A DNA stretch of 64,000 bases from Octopus vulgaris (GCA_951406725.2 OX597814.1:130076001-130140000), one strand, 5' to 3'; positions 1 through 13,783 are shown, counted from the stretch's first letter. Translations and numbers: made by a program. Notes: generated by a model from the sequence alone, not told the origin.

Positions 1-318
1 TCTTACTAATCAGCGATCCTCATATGAAACTGAGAAAAACTCTTCATACCTGTCCTAAAATATTTGACGATCACTCATCCCAACAACACTTAAATATAAC
101 ATTCCCAGAACAGAATCGCTGAGACAATGCTTGTTCTTCATGTTCATACCATTGTTTACACCCGAAAAAGTTACTGAACCGCCATAAATGCTGTTGATGA
201 CTAACACTAGTGTACAACTCATATTAGTGGGATACTAGTACATTGACACATTCTAGAAATCGCCAAAGAGAATGGCTTTCAAATTGGCTGGCAAATATTC
301 ACTCATAGGCACATAATA

Positions 319-553
319 TTTTTTTCTTTACTACCCACAAGGGGCTAAACACAGAGGGGACAAACAAGGACAGATAAACGTATTAAGTCCATTACATCGA
401 CCCCAGTGCGTAACTGGTACTTAATTTATCGACCCCGAAAGGATGAAAGGCAAAGTCGACCTCGGCGGAATTTGGACTCAGAACGTAACAGCAGACGTAA
501 TACGGCTACGCATTTCGCCCGGCGTGCTAACGTTTCTGCCAGCTCGCCGCCTT
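319..553 (-). mobile_element. tRNA-derived SINE, family B
   Basis: On the minus strand: head GGCGGCGAGCTGGCAGAAACGTTAG...TGAGTCCAAATTCCGCC and core GCCTTTCATCCTTTCGGGGTCGATAAATTAAGTACCAG. Imperfect TSD ctcat..acataata at 302-318 and 554-570. Homologous copies at 6.2, 18.2 and 20.6 kb. Confidence 0.85.
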
Positions 554-1176
554 CTCATCGACACATAATAACCATCAACTTACATGTCCATTATTCCTTC
601 TCCTTCCCCACCGTTTTTAAACGCTACTTCAACGGCCTTTGCTCGTTTAAAAACTATCAAATTAAATATCATCTTCATCCAGTCGGTCCTTTCTTATGCA
701 TTTAACTAAAGGTCTTTCATGATCCTTAACGTATCTGACTTCCGTAGCCATACGTTGTAGAATGCAATCTATGGGATATGTTTCTTTATTTATTTGCAAT
801 CTATGGGATATGACGTTTGGAAGATGACAAAGTTAATTTCAGTGAAAACGTGAAATGTGGTTAAAAAGTTAGCTTCATAACTACGTGATTTTGGGGGTTC
901 GCTCTCATTGCACGGTGCATTAGGCCTTTATATTATTCGATAACCCACCAAAGTCTTATGAGAGAAATTTGAGCAACGGCGATGTTTCGAAAGAGGAACC
1001 ATTTCTGTTTTGGGGTTGTAAACTTAATCTTTAGCCTTATTTAACTCGCTGGTTCTTGGACGCTATTACTGAATTCCACTCTGTTGCAAGTATTCGAGCC
1101 ACGACTGTGGCTTGGGGGTAACTTTCTATCTCCTCTACCGTCATTCTCTTTCTAAGCCACTAAAAGACACGTGCAT

Positions 1177-1530
1177 GCTTACTTGTGACGGCGTTCACCC
1201 ATGGCGGGTTGAGCCGGCTTCTTCTCTGGTCGTAACGGCATCATGAACCATGGCGGCCCATGCTCGACGGTCCTGTGCGAGGTCAATGGAGATAGCGACC
1301 CATTCGCGGTTCCATCTGCGTCGACCGACCACCTGCGGACCTGAGAGTTCGGAGAGGTCCTCTTTTTTCGTCGTTGCCCAGGTATTCAGTTGCCCGCCCG
1401 TGCGTTTGCGCCAGCTGGGAAGTGGACGCCTGGCCGCATGACAGAACCACCTTAAGCGCCTTTGTAGAAGCACCGAAGGGAGGGGCCGGAGATTCATGCG
1501 ATGACGAAGACCGGCTGTACATATAAAATT
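1177..1530 (-). mobile_element. RTE-clade LINE 3' fragment
   Basis: ORF 1195..1497 reads QRRLRWFCHAARR...DLAQDRRAWAAMV, a typical RTE ORF2 C-terminus, followed by a CAAGTA-type tail. Confidence 0.7.
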
Positions 1531-1570
1531 GCCATTACTAGAAATTTAGGATATATAATGCTTATGGACG

Positions 1571-1892
1571 TGGAGGCGCAATAGCCCAGTGGTCAGGGCA
1601 GCAGACTCGCAGTCGGAGGATCGTGGTTTCGATTCCCAGACCGGGCGTTGTGTATGTTTATTGAGCGAAAACACTTAAAAGCTCCACGAGGCTCCAGCAG
1701 AGGTTGGTGGCGACCCCTGTTGTACTCTTTCGTTACAAATTTCTCTCATTCTCTGTTTCTGTTTCTTGAGTAACGCTGCGATGGACTGGCGTCCTGTCCA
1801 GCTGGGGGGAACACATACGCTAAAGGAACCGGGAAACCGGGCCCATGAGCCTGGCTAGGCTTGAAAAGGGCGACGTTTATCGTTTATCGTTT
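1571..1892 (+). mobile_element. tRNA-derived SINE, family C head with family D tail (chimera)
   Basis: A/B boxes TAGCCCAGTGG and GGTTTCGATTCC. 5' half matches 41657-41830; 3' half matches the tail of 41373-41635. TSD-like taatgcttatg on both sides. Confidence 0.8.
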
Positions 1893-1911
1893 AATGCTTA
1901 TGAATATTAGC

Positions 1912-2134
1912 AAGATTTAACATTTTAACAGGCCCTATCTGACTCCAAATTCCACCTACTTTATTTCAGAATGGCTAGATCCAGCCTTTCACACCTACCT
2001 TACAATGTCATTCTTAGAATAAGCAATCACATCATCGAAATAACAAAGCTACAAGATAACACATGATTGATTGAAAACCCTGTAAATAGATTGGCATAAC
2101 ATTTGACAGAGTAATCTGAAAGCTGAACGGTTAA
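1912..2134. mobile_element. Decayed TTAA-flanked MITE-like repeat
   Basis: Ends ...gagtaatctgaaagctgaacggTTAA; left terminus degenerate. Recognised as resembling a common octopus MITE; only one copy in this window. Confidence 0.45.
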
Positions 2135-2684
2135 AGAAAAACAGCAAGAAATGAGTTCAGCCGCATCTCTTCCGATATTGTCAGGGAAACCCAAAATAAT
2201 AACATGAAAGTTGGTTTCACAATTATAATTAGTGGTCTTAGAAACAATTACAAATATAGTGAGATGTAAATAAACTATTGAAGTGAACGTTTCAATTAAG
2301 GTATATTGAAATACAAATTCAATTTTATTCCAAATAATTATTAGAGCGACTGGTTCTCTATATAAACAGGACTATTTATTCAGCCTGGCTGGTATTTGCT
2401 ATACCAATGAATGCATTATTCACTGTTCCCTATGTCGTAGGTGATAGACCTTGTGCAAACATGTGGTTGACTGCAAGCATACGTGATTAATAGGCCCCCA
2501 ACAGGCGAAATGCGTATGGTAATCTTGCTCGCCACTGCTGAGGCGATATTTCGTCACCATCCGATATATATTATATTTATGTTTTTCATGACAAATGAAA
2601 CCGCAATAACTTACCCGATACATAGAGGGCTACGTATGAATGTCTGTCCGTATGTCTGTATATATGTATCTATGTATGTATGTC

Positions 2685-3520
2685 GTTATTCAGTTTATTT
2701 CAAGATTTCTTGCCACTAGAGGAAGAACTGGACTCTAACCTAGATCCAAGAATCTTTCATTGGAATTTCAATATCAACAACAGGGTATTTTTGTATGTAT
2801 GTATGTATGTATGTATGTATGTATGTATGTATGCATGTATGTATGTATGTATGTATGTATGTATGTATGTATGTATGTATGTATGTATGCATGTATGTAT
2901 GAGCAGATTTGTATGTTTTATGTATGTATTCTCATGCATATAGTTGCATACGTAAACGTGCTCATATATATTTAAATGAAAAGTTTTACAGATTTTTACA
3001 GTTCCAGTGATGGAATGGATATATAGTCCTCGAATTAGCTTTCTCTTTTTGAGAAACCTAATTTCTCAAGATTGGCATTTAGGCAGTGTGTTACATGTCC
3101 TAGAGACCCAATAACTACAAGTATAAACCTGAACTTGTAATCTGGATAGAGTAACTGCAGATTTGTCAATAGTTCGGCATAGATGTTTTCTTTTACACTG
3201 ATCTTCGGCTTTATGTTAACATCTGCTGAGCAACCAATTTCCACAACTTTTCACAGTTTCTCTTCTCTATCCCAAATCATTATATCAGGTCTGTTGTGCT
3301 TACACTTTATATTGAGGTCTTCACTGGTACATTCTACCAGTATTCGTTTTTATTATAATTTCCTATGGCTTCTACCATTTGTGGGTTCTTATTTTTGCCT
3401 TCAGAATTATCCTTCCGACAGATTTCATTATAGAGTGTCCTAGCTACATATCCCATCTGTTGATAATACCGTGATTACATTTTCGGATAACTGCTTATGA
3501 TGTGGGTGATATCTTCAGTG
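2685..3520 (-). mobile_element. R4/Dong-like non-LTR retrotransposon 3' fragment (restriction-like endonuclease + 3' UTR)
   Basis: Minus strand reads KCKHNRPDIMIWDREEKL...EIGCSADVNI...KENIYAELL (PD-(D/E)xK REL domain). The 3' UTR (2685-2970) is homologous to 14293-14520, and it contains a (TATG)n tract. Confidence 0.75.
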
Positions 3521-3526
3521 TGAACT

Positions 3527-3767
3527 CGGTTGTCAAGCGATGGTTGGGGACAAACACAGGCACAGAAAAATACTCTCTCACACACACATGCATAAATATA
3601 TATATTCGACGGGCTTCATTCAGTTTCCATCAGCCAAATCCTTTCACAGGGCTTTGGTCAGCCCGAGGATATAGTAGAAGACAATTGCCCATGTTGCCAC
3701 ACTGAGGGACTGAACCCGGAACCATATGGTTGGGACGCAAGCTTTTTACCACACAGCCACTCCTGCG

Positions 3768-3770
<3 letters not shown>
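3527..3770 (-). mobile_element. SINE family A, 3'-truncated
   Basis: Head AGGCGCAGGAGTGGCTGTGTGGTAA...GGTTCCGGGTTCAGTCCC, shared with more than 12 copies in the window. Confidence 0.85.
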
Positions 3771-3828
<58 letters not shown>

Positions 3829-4451
3829 AGAGAGAGAGAGAGACACACAGAGAGAGAGAGAGAGGGAGAGAGAGGGAGAGAGAGAGAATATCAATAACAA
3901 ATAGGAAGCGGTATTGTTAGTATATTGAGTATAGCTAGAATTGGTTTCTCAAAGAAGGTGATGCAATAATCCCCAAATTTCACATAAGTACATTAGTATA
4001 ACCGACAGAAATAAACTCAAACAAAGCATTTTGAAAAAAGTAATAATAATCCTCTTTCCCGTCTATTTTCTTATTCCACTCTTTCTTTTCTTTCCTAACA
4101 ACTTTCCTCTTAAATTTATGACTGGGCATTTGACTGATAAAATAATAAAAAATCATAATAATTCAAATTTAAGTTTCTAATGTTGACGTAGTGACATAAG
4201 GGTTTTGACTTCGCTTTTATTTCAGAAAGTAGAATTATGGGCATTAATTGAATATTCAAATAATTGAAGATGCATTAAAGGAAACGAAAAGATTTATGTA
4301 TTTTACATATGTGTGTCTCCGTGCTTGTGTATATACGTTACTATGTTTATTACCTCACATCTACATACATACATGTATGTGTGAGTATATACGTAGTTTA
4401 TATTTTTCTGTATGTACACACACTTGTATATATATATATATATATATATAT

Positions 4452-4529
<78 letters not shown>

Positions 4530-5296
4530 GGATATTCATATGTACATACACATACAAATATATATGTCTATGTATTATGTATGCGCGTAAATATAGGTGG
4601 AAGTATATATGTTTGAGTTTGTATGTGTATCTATTTGTGTGTTTGTGTGTCTGTATGTATGCACATGTGTTCGTGTGTATGTTTATATGCATCTTGGTGG
4701 TGTTATTTCTTTTTACGATGTATGCCGAGAGCAATTAAAATAGAAGACGCAACAAAAAGTGCGTTGTATTGATTGCTCTTTCTTAGTGTAGAAATAATTT
4801 TATGCGAAGTATGTATCTAATTCGTGGTATTCCAACCTGTTTACTAAGAAATGTTTTATAGGAATTTAGACTTGATGCCTTCTGCTTGTATTTTATGGCC
4901 ACCCACCTTTCTTTAATGTGCGTTACATTTTCTTTTCTTATTTGTCAATTTGGTCATTTATTCATTTGAAGTTATTCACGCTTTTATCCATTTCCAGGCC
5001 GAACGTCTTACTTCAAAAGATTCTAGTGTTTCTCACCACGATATTCCTGATTATTGAAGTCCACTAATCTATTAGAGTAGATTTCTTCTTTTATCGAGCC
5101 GTTAGTGTAACAGGCTGGATTGCCGATCCGTCAGATGGAAAAGGACATCAATGGATCTCACCGTGAGTTTTAGAACTAAGTAAATGTCAACAGGATAAAA
5201 TGATTTCCGGTGCTTATTGTTTTCTTTTCATTTCTTTTTCATTTCCTTATCTTTCCTTGAACCCTTTCATTATTGTAGTAGTAGTAGTAGTAGTAA

Positions 5297-5345
<49 letters not shown>

Positions 5346-5715
5346 TGTTGCTGCTCTTGCTTTCGTCATTGATATTGTGAAGTACTATTATGAGTAATGC
5401 AACGGCTAGCCACTCTCCTCATTATTACTCACTCTCATTAATCTCTTTTGTCTCATAAATATTAAAGCCAGAATCTTAGCAAACACAGGAAATGCCGTAT
5501 TTAATTCCAGCCCACTTCGATCTAATCGAATTCAGACAATTTCAACCTTGTCTGTCACCCAGGATAGATGGAATAACTACCACCAAATAATTTAACCGAA
5601 AACAAACTCTGTGATAAAATTAGAACAAAAACGCTGCATAATATAGGAGTTGAGAAAAAAATCTACTATCAACCTTGTATTGAAGGCTTGGGATTTAGAA
5701 TCGGTTTCTTGATAT

Positions 5716-5940
5716 AATAATAATAAAAAACATTGTGTACAGTGTTCAGGTGCACTACAACTCATCTAAAGTGTATGTATAATCAGGTGTAGTTTCGGCG
5801 GATTTCGGAAAGCATGAGGGCCTTAAAGGATGCAGTGTTATGGCAGTCAACAACTGATGCAGGCAGGCAGTTTGTTCCATGCTTCACTCTGAGCGTGAAA
5901 AAATGTTCCCGAAAGTCATGGGAGCTGTGTTGTTTTCTAA
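5716..5940 (-). mobile_element. CR1/L2-like LINE 3' end
   Basis: Minus strand reads ...HDFREHFFTLR..EAWNKLP..VVDCHNTASFK, a typical CR1/L2 ORF2 terminus. Confidence 0.6.
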
Positions 5941-6199
5941 CCTTAAATTCATTTTGACAAATTTCTTTGACCCATAAAATACCGGTTTTTCTCTAATCCG
6001 CTATCTCTATCGTTGTTTAAGTATATCAAGTGTTTGAAAATATTTTATTGTTTCTATTTAATTTCCATTTTGAATATATTTTTCCCTCCCCACTAGCCTC
6101 TAAATGCATACAATACACACAGCCGTGTATATACAAATACTGTGTATTGTATACTTTGCAGGATGTGGATATAAATTAGAACATCACTGGTATTAATCT

Positions 6200-6615
6200 T
6201 ATTTCTATATTGCCACAAAGGGCTAAACATAGAGGGCACAAACAAGGACAGACAAAGAGATTAAGTCGATTACATCGATCCCAGTGCGTAACTGGTACTT
6301 ATTTAATCGACCCCGAATAGAGGAAAAGCTAAGTCAATCTCGGCGGAATTTGAACTCAGAACGCAACGGCAGACGAAATGCCTATTTCTTTACTACCCAC
6401 AAGGGGCTAAACACAGAGAGGACAAACTAGGACAGACAAAAGGATTAAGTCGATTTTATCGACCCCAGTGCGTAACTGGTACTTATTTAATCGACTCCGA
6501 AAGGATGGAAGTCAAAGTCGACCTCGACGGAATTTCAACTCAGAACGTAGCGGCAGACGAGATGCCGTTAAGCATTTTTCCTGGCGTGCTAACGATTCTG
6601 CCAGTTTGCCGCCTC
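6200..6615 (-). mobile_element. SINE family B tandem dimer
   Basis: Two ~185-230 bp units joined at gacgaaatgcc|tatttcttt. Only the distal unit keeps the tRNA A-box head. Confidence 0.85.
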
Positions 6616-6799
6616 AAAAATAGCACAAATATATCGGCAAAGTTATGGGTGATAAGAGGTTCCATGTGGTTTGTTTCTATTGCGTGACACTTTGGCAAGT
6701 GACTTTTATCGCTTTTTCACTACACTTATGTTGGCCAGTAATTTATGAATGGAATTTGGTCGACGGAAACTGCATAGAAGGCTGTACAATAATATAGCA

Positions 6800-6965
6800 G
6801 AAATTTATTGAAAAACAAAAGACGAAGACACGTGTATGAAAAACAAACAAGAGTATTAGTTTGACGCTCGGGAATAATGAAAAGGTCTTTAAAGTTCCGA
6901 CTCTACGTTCTTCGAGAGAGGGGGAAAAGCGGAAATAAAGAGAGAGAGAATTGAAGACATGTGTA
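6800..6965 (-). mobile_element. Old relative of the 28.8/63.8-kb hammerhead cassette (core decayed)
   Basis: Colinear similarity (tattagtttgacgctcggga vs tgttattggatgctcagga), with the hammerhead core mutated. Confidence 0.4.
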
Positions 6966-6976
6966 GAGTTCAGCAG

Positions 6977-7037
<61 letters not shown>

Positions 7038-7120
7038 TTTGTGTGCGTGCGTGCGCGTGTATACACATATATTTGCGACCGTTGAATTGTGGTGAACGAA
7101 TGAGATATATATATATATAC

Positions 7121-7160
7121 ACTATTCGAGTTTCACGGTACTGCGATCTTCAAGCGAGAA
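7121..7160 (-). ncRNA. Degenerate minimal hammerhead motif
   Basis: Minus strand TTGAAGA-TCGCAGTACCGT-GAAA-CTCGA-ATA. Stem III is near-palindromic (ACTCGAaT) and the core has mismatches. Confidence 0.4.
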
Positions 7161-7844
7161 CTGTTACAATTCTGTGTTGGTGGTATGTTTATATTCGTTG
7201 GAGTCCCTATGCCTTCATGCTTGCATTTGTTCATTACCTTGCGTTTGTTGATTAGCCGTTATTTTCTACTCTTCACTGATTATTTCTTGGGTGGCGTGTG
7301 GTAAATGCTAGATTTAACTAAGTCTGTTTTTTTTTCGGTAAATAATTTTTCTTTCGGTATTATGTTTGCATAGTTCTTTGTGAATGGGTTTAACTGTGAA
7401 ACTAATTAAAGATAGCTTTATTATAAAACCTGTTTTATGGCAGAATGATTTTGGTGTGGCTTTTGCAAAGTACATTTATTTCAGTAGGTGTATGTTTTTA
7501 AGGTGTATTTGTTTTATGTGTGTGTGTGTACGTGTGTGTGTGCGTGTGTATGGGATATTTGTGGAGTGAAACATCATTTACAACAAAACCATCCTGTATT
7601 TAGTTTAATTATACGAGTATCCAACAGGATACCATGCGCTACTTATTCAAGACCTTTGCGTTCTCAGTTCAAATCACGCCATCTCCTACATGAATTTGGA
7701 AGTGTTAAAATGTTGTTCAGTTTAAATTTTCACCTGAGAATTTGGGTACATTTAAAAGAGTACTTTAAAGGATTCTCCTCTGTTGTAATCATTCCAGGTA
7801 TGTCTCCCAGCAACCACAGGGGCTCTGTATAAGATCATAAACTC

Positions 7845-8008
7845 AGGCGCAGGCCTGGTTATGTGATAGTAAACTCACTTCTCAACCACATGGTTCCAGA
7901 TTCAGTTTCGCTGAGTAACACCATGGGTAAGTGTCTTCTGCTATAGCCTCGGGACGACCAAAACCTTGCAAACGTATATAGTGGTTGGAGAAACTGAAAG
8001 AAACCCAT

Positions 8009-8012
<4 letters not shown>
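7845..8012 (+). mobile_element. SINE family A, diverged 5' half
   Basis: aggcgcaggc...aaccacatggttccagattcag...gtgtcttctgctatagcctcggg...aaactgaaagaaaccc. Confidence 0.75.
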
Positions 8013-8062
<50 letters not shown>

Positions 8063-8134
8063 CACAACCACCACCACAACCACCACCACCACCATCATCA
8101 TCATTATATATACATGTGTGTGTGTGTGTGTATG

Positions 8135-8172
<38 letters not shown>

Positions 8173-8177
8173 ACACA

Positions 8178-8500
8178 GATCCTCCGTCAAAATGGAACGC
8201 ATTGATCCTGTGCTTATTTCCACTTCGAAGTCAATTTCCTGGATTGTTACTCGACGGTTTTCCATAACTTTTCACTGAAACCTCCTAATCGGCTCCTTCC
8301 TTCGGCTTGAGGATGGCGTGTCTCGCTTTCTACTAAATTTCGGCCATGTTTGAAGCGGTTGTACCACTCCTTCATCTGAATTTTCCCTAAGGCATCATCA
8401 CCAAAGGCCTGCTAAATTTCCTAGATAGTTTGAGCGTGAATATCACGAAGCTTCTGGCAAAACTTGTTGCAATGTTTCTACTCGATGTTCATGGTGAAAA
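8178..8500 (-). pseudogene. mariner transposase N-terminal (HTH) fragment
   Basis: Minus strand reads KFCQKL...QAFGDDALGKIQMKEWYNRFKHGR, with stops. Confidence 0.6.
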
Positions 8501-8592
8501 CGAAGACCCGACTCGCGTGCACTACACGTCTGTTCTCTAGGCATAACAGCCAAAACCTGACGTGAACTACCAGTGCGAAAACTATCATACAA

Positions 8593-9024
8593 TCACAGGA
8601 AGGAAGGCGTCACCTTACGTTCAAAGGATTTTGCCCAGACGGCATGAATTTTAGCAGGAAGCCAGTCATGGCTGTCAGACAATTTCTGTAGCCACATCAC
8701 CCTTAACATCTGGCTACTTAACTCCCCTTGATTATTATGCGTGAGGTGCAGTTGAGCGAGAGACCAACAAAACTGCTTGTAACACCAAAGATGAACCGAA
8801 GGCAAGGATTATGGCGGCATTCATCAACTTAAACAAGGAAACAGTCCAGAAAGCTGCAGGAGATTCCGAGGCCGTGGTTGAAGCCAGTGGCAATTTTATT
8901 GAATAAATCTTTAGTATTTCAAGATATTTTAATGTAATTTTGGTAAATATATCTGTTAAAATGAGGTGTCACTGTAATTTTCACTTCTGCTTAATTTAGA
9001 TAACAGTTTATTCATCGCACCCTG
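8593..9024 (+). mobile_element. Tc1/mariner (maT/DD37D-like) 3' fragment with right TIR
   Basis: Reads QSWLSDNF..HITLNIW...LDYY...ERETNKTACNTKDE. The TIR acagtttattcatcgcaccctg resembles 48463-48486. Confidence 0.65.
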
Positions 9025-9812
9025 CATATCTATCAATCTGTCTATTTATCCATCTATCTATCGATCTATCTATCTATGTATATGCGTATATATATACATA
9101 CACACTATCTTTCACACACATATATTATTTATTTATTTAATTGAACGCGACGCATCAATTCCCACGTAAGTTTATCTTCACCCATTTTTTGTGCGACTCT
9201 CTTCACTCTTCTGTTTTCTTCCTCTCGTCTTTGCTTCCTTCTTCCTCCATCCTTCTCTAATTCCCTTTCTCTCCCTCCCTCCTTCACCGTTTTATATCTC
9301 TCTTCCTCTTCCCTATTTCCATTTCTCTCTCTCTCTCTCGTTGCTCATACGTGACCATTGTCCATCCTTCTTTTCTTCATGTGTCAATCCTTCTTTCCCT
9401 ACTCGGAAGTCTAAAAGACTGGACAATTTTTCTCTCTAGTTTCTATCTTTTCTCTTAAAAAATATGTCTTTTCGAGCGTTTACTATTCCCCTTTCATTAC
9501 GCTCCATATCTGTTTTCATTCGGTTTCCTTGCATGTCTCCACTGTTATATTTTCATCCCAACTTTGACCTTCCATAAATCCTAAATTTAATTCACAATTT
9601 ATGGGAGGTAATGTCTTTGAAGACTCATATTGTCGTTTGAGTGTTCGAAATGAGTATATAGATAGCCGAAAACTGATGAAGGGTCATTTTCCTGTGTTAG
9701 CTTGTCCTATTTTCCATTTTTTCTCGTTGTGTACGTTTTTCACTCGATTTTGTCCTGTAGTTACTGCCCACCTCTTGTATCTATCTCTCGTGTGTATGTT
9801 ATTTACACCGTT

Positions 9813-12800
9813 GGCAACATATTTCTTGAGGGAATGTATACAAAATAGCCATAAGTTTAAGAAGTTAGATCCTATATATAATGTAAATGTATGTAGGTAG
9901 TGAGTTATAGATATTAGTGAAGATGCCATATAGTAAATAAAGATATTGACGACTCTTACCAACCAATCAACACCACAGTCCTAAATAGTGCCCTAATGTT
10001 TGCTAAAAATTTTGCTGAATTATCTAGGAAAGAAATTCAAGTTATACTAACAGAGCGTAAATCAATAATTAAGTTCAATAATAAACTATGGGCACGTAAG
10101 GATATACCCGACTGCTCTGATATAGCCATGGGATCATCTGACTCTGCTCAAGCTAAAGATTTAGTTGCTTTATACATTCTACATAAATACAGTAGTGAAT
10201 TTCTTGAAATAGGTGGTGATCTATATTTGAGAGGATGCATTGTTCATCATAAAAACCTCTTCAAATAAAAAGCTAGAATTATATCAGAAAAACATCCACC
10301 ATTTCTTTAACCGCTTTGGATTTAATATTTCTATTGAAACTTAGCATAACTCAGAAAAATTTTTACACATTTAAAGCAAATATTTTTACACATTTAAAGC
10401 AAATATGCACCATAACATATGCCTAACTCCTAAATCACCTGTATTAGTATAAAAAGTAATCATCCTAAGGCAATTACAAATTGTTTATTTAATAAACTTG
10501 AAAGAAGAAAAAATTACCTCTCAAACAGCGAAGATATATTTAACGATAACAAGGAATTGTATAATATTGCACTAGAAAAAGCAGGATATAAACAGAAAAG
10601 TAAATATATTAAGCATGATTTAGATAGATTAATGATAAGCATAAACATGTCCATGAAAACAAACTTAATTTAAATAAGAATAAGCTACTACCCCAAGCTA
10701 CGAATAATACTATAAATACTGATAACGTAGTTAGTAATATATATTGAACAAAAATAACCAAAATACAAATAGCGTAGTAGAAACGAAATTGATAGACCTG
10801 AAGACTAACGTTAATCCTGATATTGACAATAACAATATAAACACACATATGTTACACCTTAAGCATATTATACCTGAAGCAAGTTATGACGATAATCAGA
10901 AAAATATAAATGATATATCAGCCTCCGTCAATCCAGCAATTACAATAACAAATTTAGTACTATTTACAATATAAAAAGAAATAAAAATTATTTACCTTAT
11001 ATTAAGTACAATATAGCAAACTATCTTAATCCAGCCTCTCGTAATAATAAAATAAAGGAGAATATTATCTGGTTGATATTGTCCTTCTCTAAGTAGGTAA
11101 AAACAAATCTGATTAGAGTTATACGTTCGTTAATGAATAAACACTTCTATCCTAATAAAAACAAATATAGTGACTTATTTCACAGCACGCTTTTTAAATA
11201 TGGTCATTTCGTTTCTCTAAATGCGTTTAGATATATATTTTCTATAAATTCTGCTAAATTAGATAAATGTTAATGTAAGCCTATTCTTCCACATAGTAAA
11301 GAACAAAAAAAAACAACGTACCATTTTTACAAGAGTCCCGATATCCGAATAACAAACAACCAAGGGGAGATTATTGCCATAACATATCTGTAATTTCTAG
11401 TGGTAATCTGAGTAATTTCTGCGATTGTAGAGTTAAATAACAGTGTAAATTTAATAATCATTGCAAACGGAAGAATTTAGTATACCAAGCTATAGTTGAA
11501 ACTTAGGGTAAACACATTTTCTATATAAGCTCGACTAAATCTTATATTAAAGTCCGTCTGGCTAACCACGAATATTCTTTTAGAAACTCTGCTAAACGTT
11601 CTTCGACTAGGCTTCGCAAATTCATCTGGACATTAAAAGACAGTAAAATGAGTTTTAAAATTAGATGGAGATTATATGTTCTACAAAACCTTACCACCCA
11701 CCAGATAAACATTGTCAACTCTGCACATCGGAACGCTATAATAATCTTTTTACTAGCAAAAGTTTTATTAAATGATAGGGTTGAAATGTTCTCCACATGC
11801 TTAACACTTCAAAATATCAATTTTATAAATATCATTAATCATTCTGCAATTATTAATATCACTTATTGTTAGGTCTAATATTAACCATTAATAATTTATT
11901 AAATTTGAAACTGAACCCTTATCAGAACTAGAATTTATATCTATAATTTACACATTATATAACTATATAATATCTTGCCTAAATATACTTATTCTTAACA
12001 TTTATTTCTAACATGTGCATAATAACTTATATATATCGTTTTTTATTCCAATGAAACATTCAATCTTATTTCTTTCATAATATATATAAATAACATCCCC
12101 TTACCTATAAATTTATTGCATATCCGTTATTTCTTTTTCCAGACTAAAGTAAATTATAGTATAATTCATATACGTTTGGTTATCTTTAAATTTAAATATC
12201 ATACTCGGTGTACCTACTAAATATTTCCGATGTATGTTAGTAATGTATAGACCATAATACATAAATATAATCTGCTTTTTCTTCATATTACGTTATACGT
12301 TATTCCGTCTAACATTGGAATAATCTCCAATTTACATATTTATATAGCTACTAATTAATAATCACAAACATATTATACTACCTTATAACAGATACCCAAA
12401 TACATGCTCCCGTAAACACATTAATTTGAAAGGCCTACGAGATACATATCTTAAAGGTCAATTTTCAAGCTTTTATCTATGCTTGATTTGAAATATGACA
12501 TATACTGTGTAATCGCTGCTCATCTAAATTTTTCCTGAACTGTATCTATTACCAAACGAATAGAGATAATATATTTTGCATATATAACCGTTAACTATTA
12601 ATCTTTAAAATATAACTTATCCTTTATTAATTTTATTTTATAATTTTTTCCCTTACATATTTAAGTATTATTCTTTCCTTTTTATTTAAATTTTATACTA
12701 TATTTTAGATACAAATATATTTTTCTTTAATTTCTATTTATTATTGAATTTTTATTTTTAACCTTCTTATCTTTCTTTACTCTTATGGCTTTAAGGTTAT

Positions 12801-13350
12801 TTTTATTTAATGTTTGTTTATTTTTATTTACTTTATTTACTATATGGCATCTTCATTAATATCTATAGCTCATCACCTAGATACATTTACATTATATATA
12901 GGATCTAACTCTATTTTGTATGCATCCTTTCAAGAAATATGTTAACATTTGATCTATAAGCTCATAAAAAATCCCTGAAGAAGTTCTGACCCATATAATT
13001 TAAAATGATACCATTCTTAACATATAACCATATACTTAGAAATACATATCAGCTCGGGACTAGAACCGAAACATATATGTAAGTTTTTTCGCATCTCACA
13101 TTACTTTTTGAGCTTTACAACTTATGATTTACTTGTATTGTTATTTAACAGAAAATTCAACATTTTTATATCATACAAATAAATTATTCACACATCCAAC
13201 TTTCTCCATTTTCTTTCTTTCAATATTAATAATATGTATTACTACAATAATCCTTAACATGTCGCAGAGACTTTCTCATTATATGATAGTGATTAACCAG
13301 TGGATTTTTAAAAATTATATAAACCCTAATGTGGATGTAGCATCCTCGAA
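9813..13350 (+). mobile_element. Decayed Penelope-like element (Naiad-type): RT + CxC linker + GIY-YIG, 3' pseudo-LTR with hammerhead, inverted 5' pLTR fragment
   Basis: RT motif IAMGSSDSAQAKDLVALYIL at ~10120-10180. FCDCRVK*QCKFNNHCKRKNLVYQAIVET at ~11415-11500. KVRLANHEYSFRN...KFIWTLKD and PYHPPDKHCQLCTSER follow. 9813-9942 is the reverse complement of 12831-12947. Many stops and frameshifts. Confidence 0.8.
12967..13089 (+). ncRNA. Type I hammerhead ribozyme motif in the PLE pseudo-LTR
   Basis: CTGAAGA (12975), stem II GTTCT/AGAAC with a long loop, GAAA (13068), palindromic ACATATATGT, GUA cleavage triplet. Stem I is imperfect. Confidence 0.7.
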
Positions 13351-13380
13351 TTGACTATATATATATATTATATATATATA

Positions 13381-13445
13381 AAGCGCATTGTGACCAGCGA
13401 TGTGTAGCAAAATCTGATAGCCTTGTCGATCACGGTGACGGTGAT
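13381..13445 (+). mobile_element. 3' tail fragment of SINE family C
   Basis: aagcgcattgtgaccagcgatgtgtagcaa...gatcacggtg matches 41891-41955. Confidence 0.7.
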
Positions 13446-13597
13446 ATATATATATATATATACATATATACACATATATATACATATATTTATATACATA
13501 TATATACATATATATATATACATATATATATAAATATACATATATATAAATATACACATATATATATATATATACATATATATATACATATATATAA

Positions 13598-13640
<43 letters not shown>

Positions 13641-13751
13641 TACACATATATATACATATATTTATATACATATATATACATATATATACATATATATACA
13701 TATATATAAATATACCTATATACAAATATGCATATATATATATATATATAA

Positions 13752-13783
<32 letters not shown>

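Noticed and set aside
570-705. Gypsy pol-like peptide (FPTVFK...GLCSFKNYQIK)
   Set aside because: Too short, with no catalytic motifs or LTRs.
9615-9695. TTGAAGA...GAAA and CTGATGAAGGG near the PLE 5' end
   Set aside because: No complete core or stem arrangement; at most a decayed remnant.
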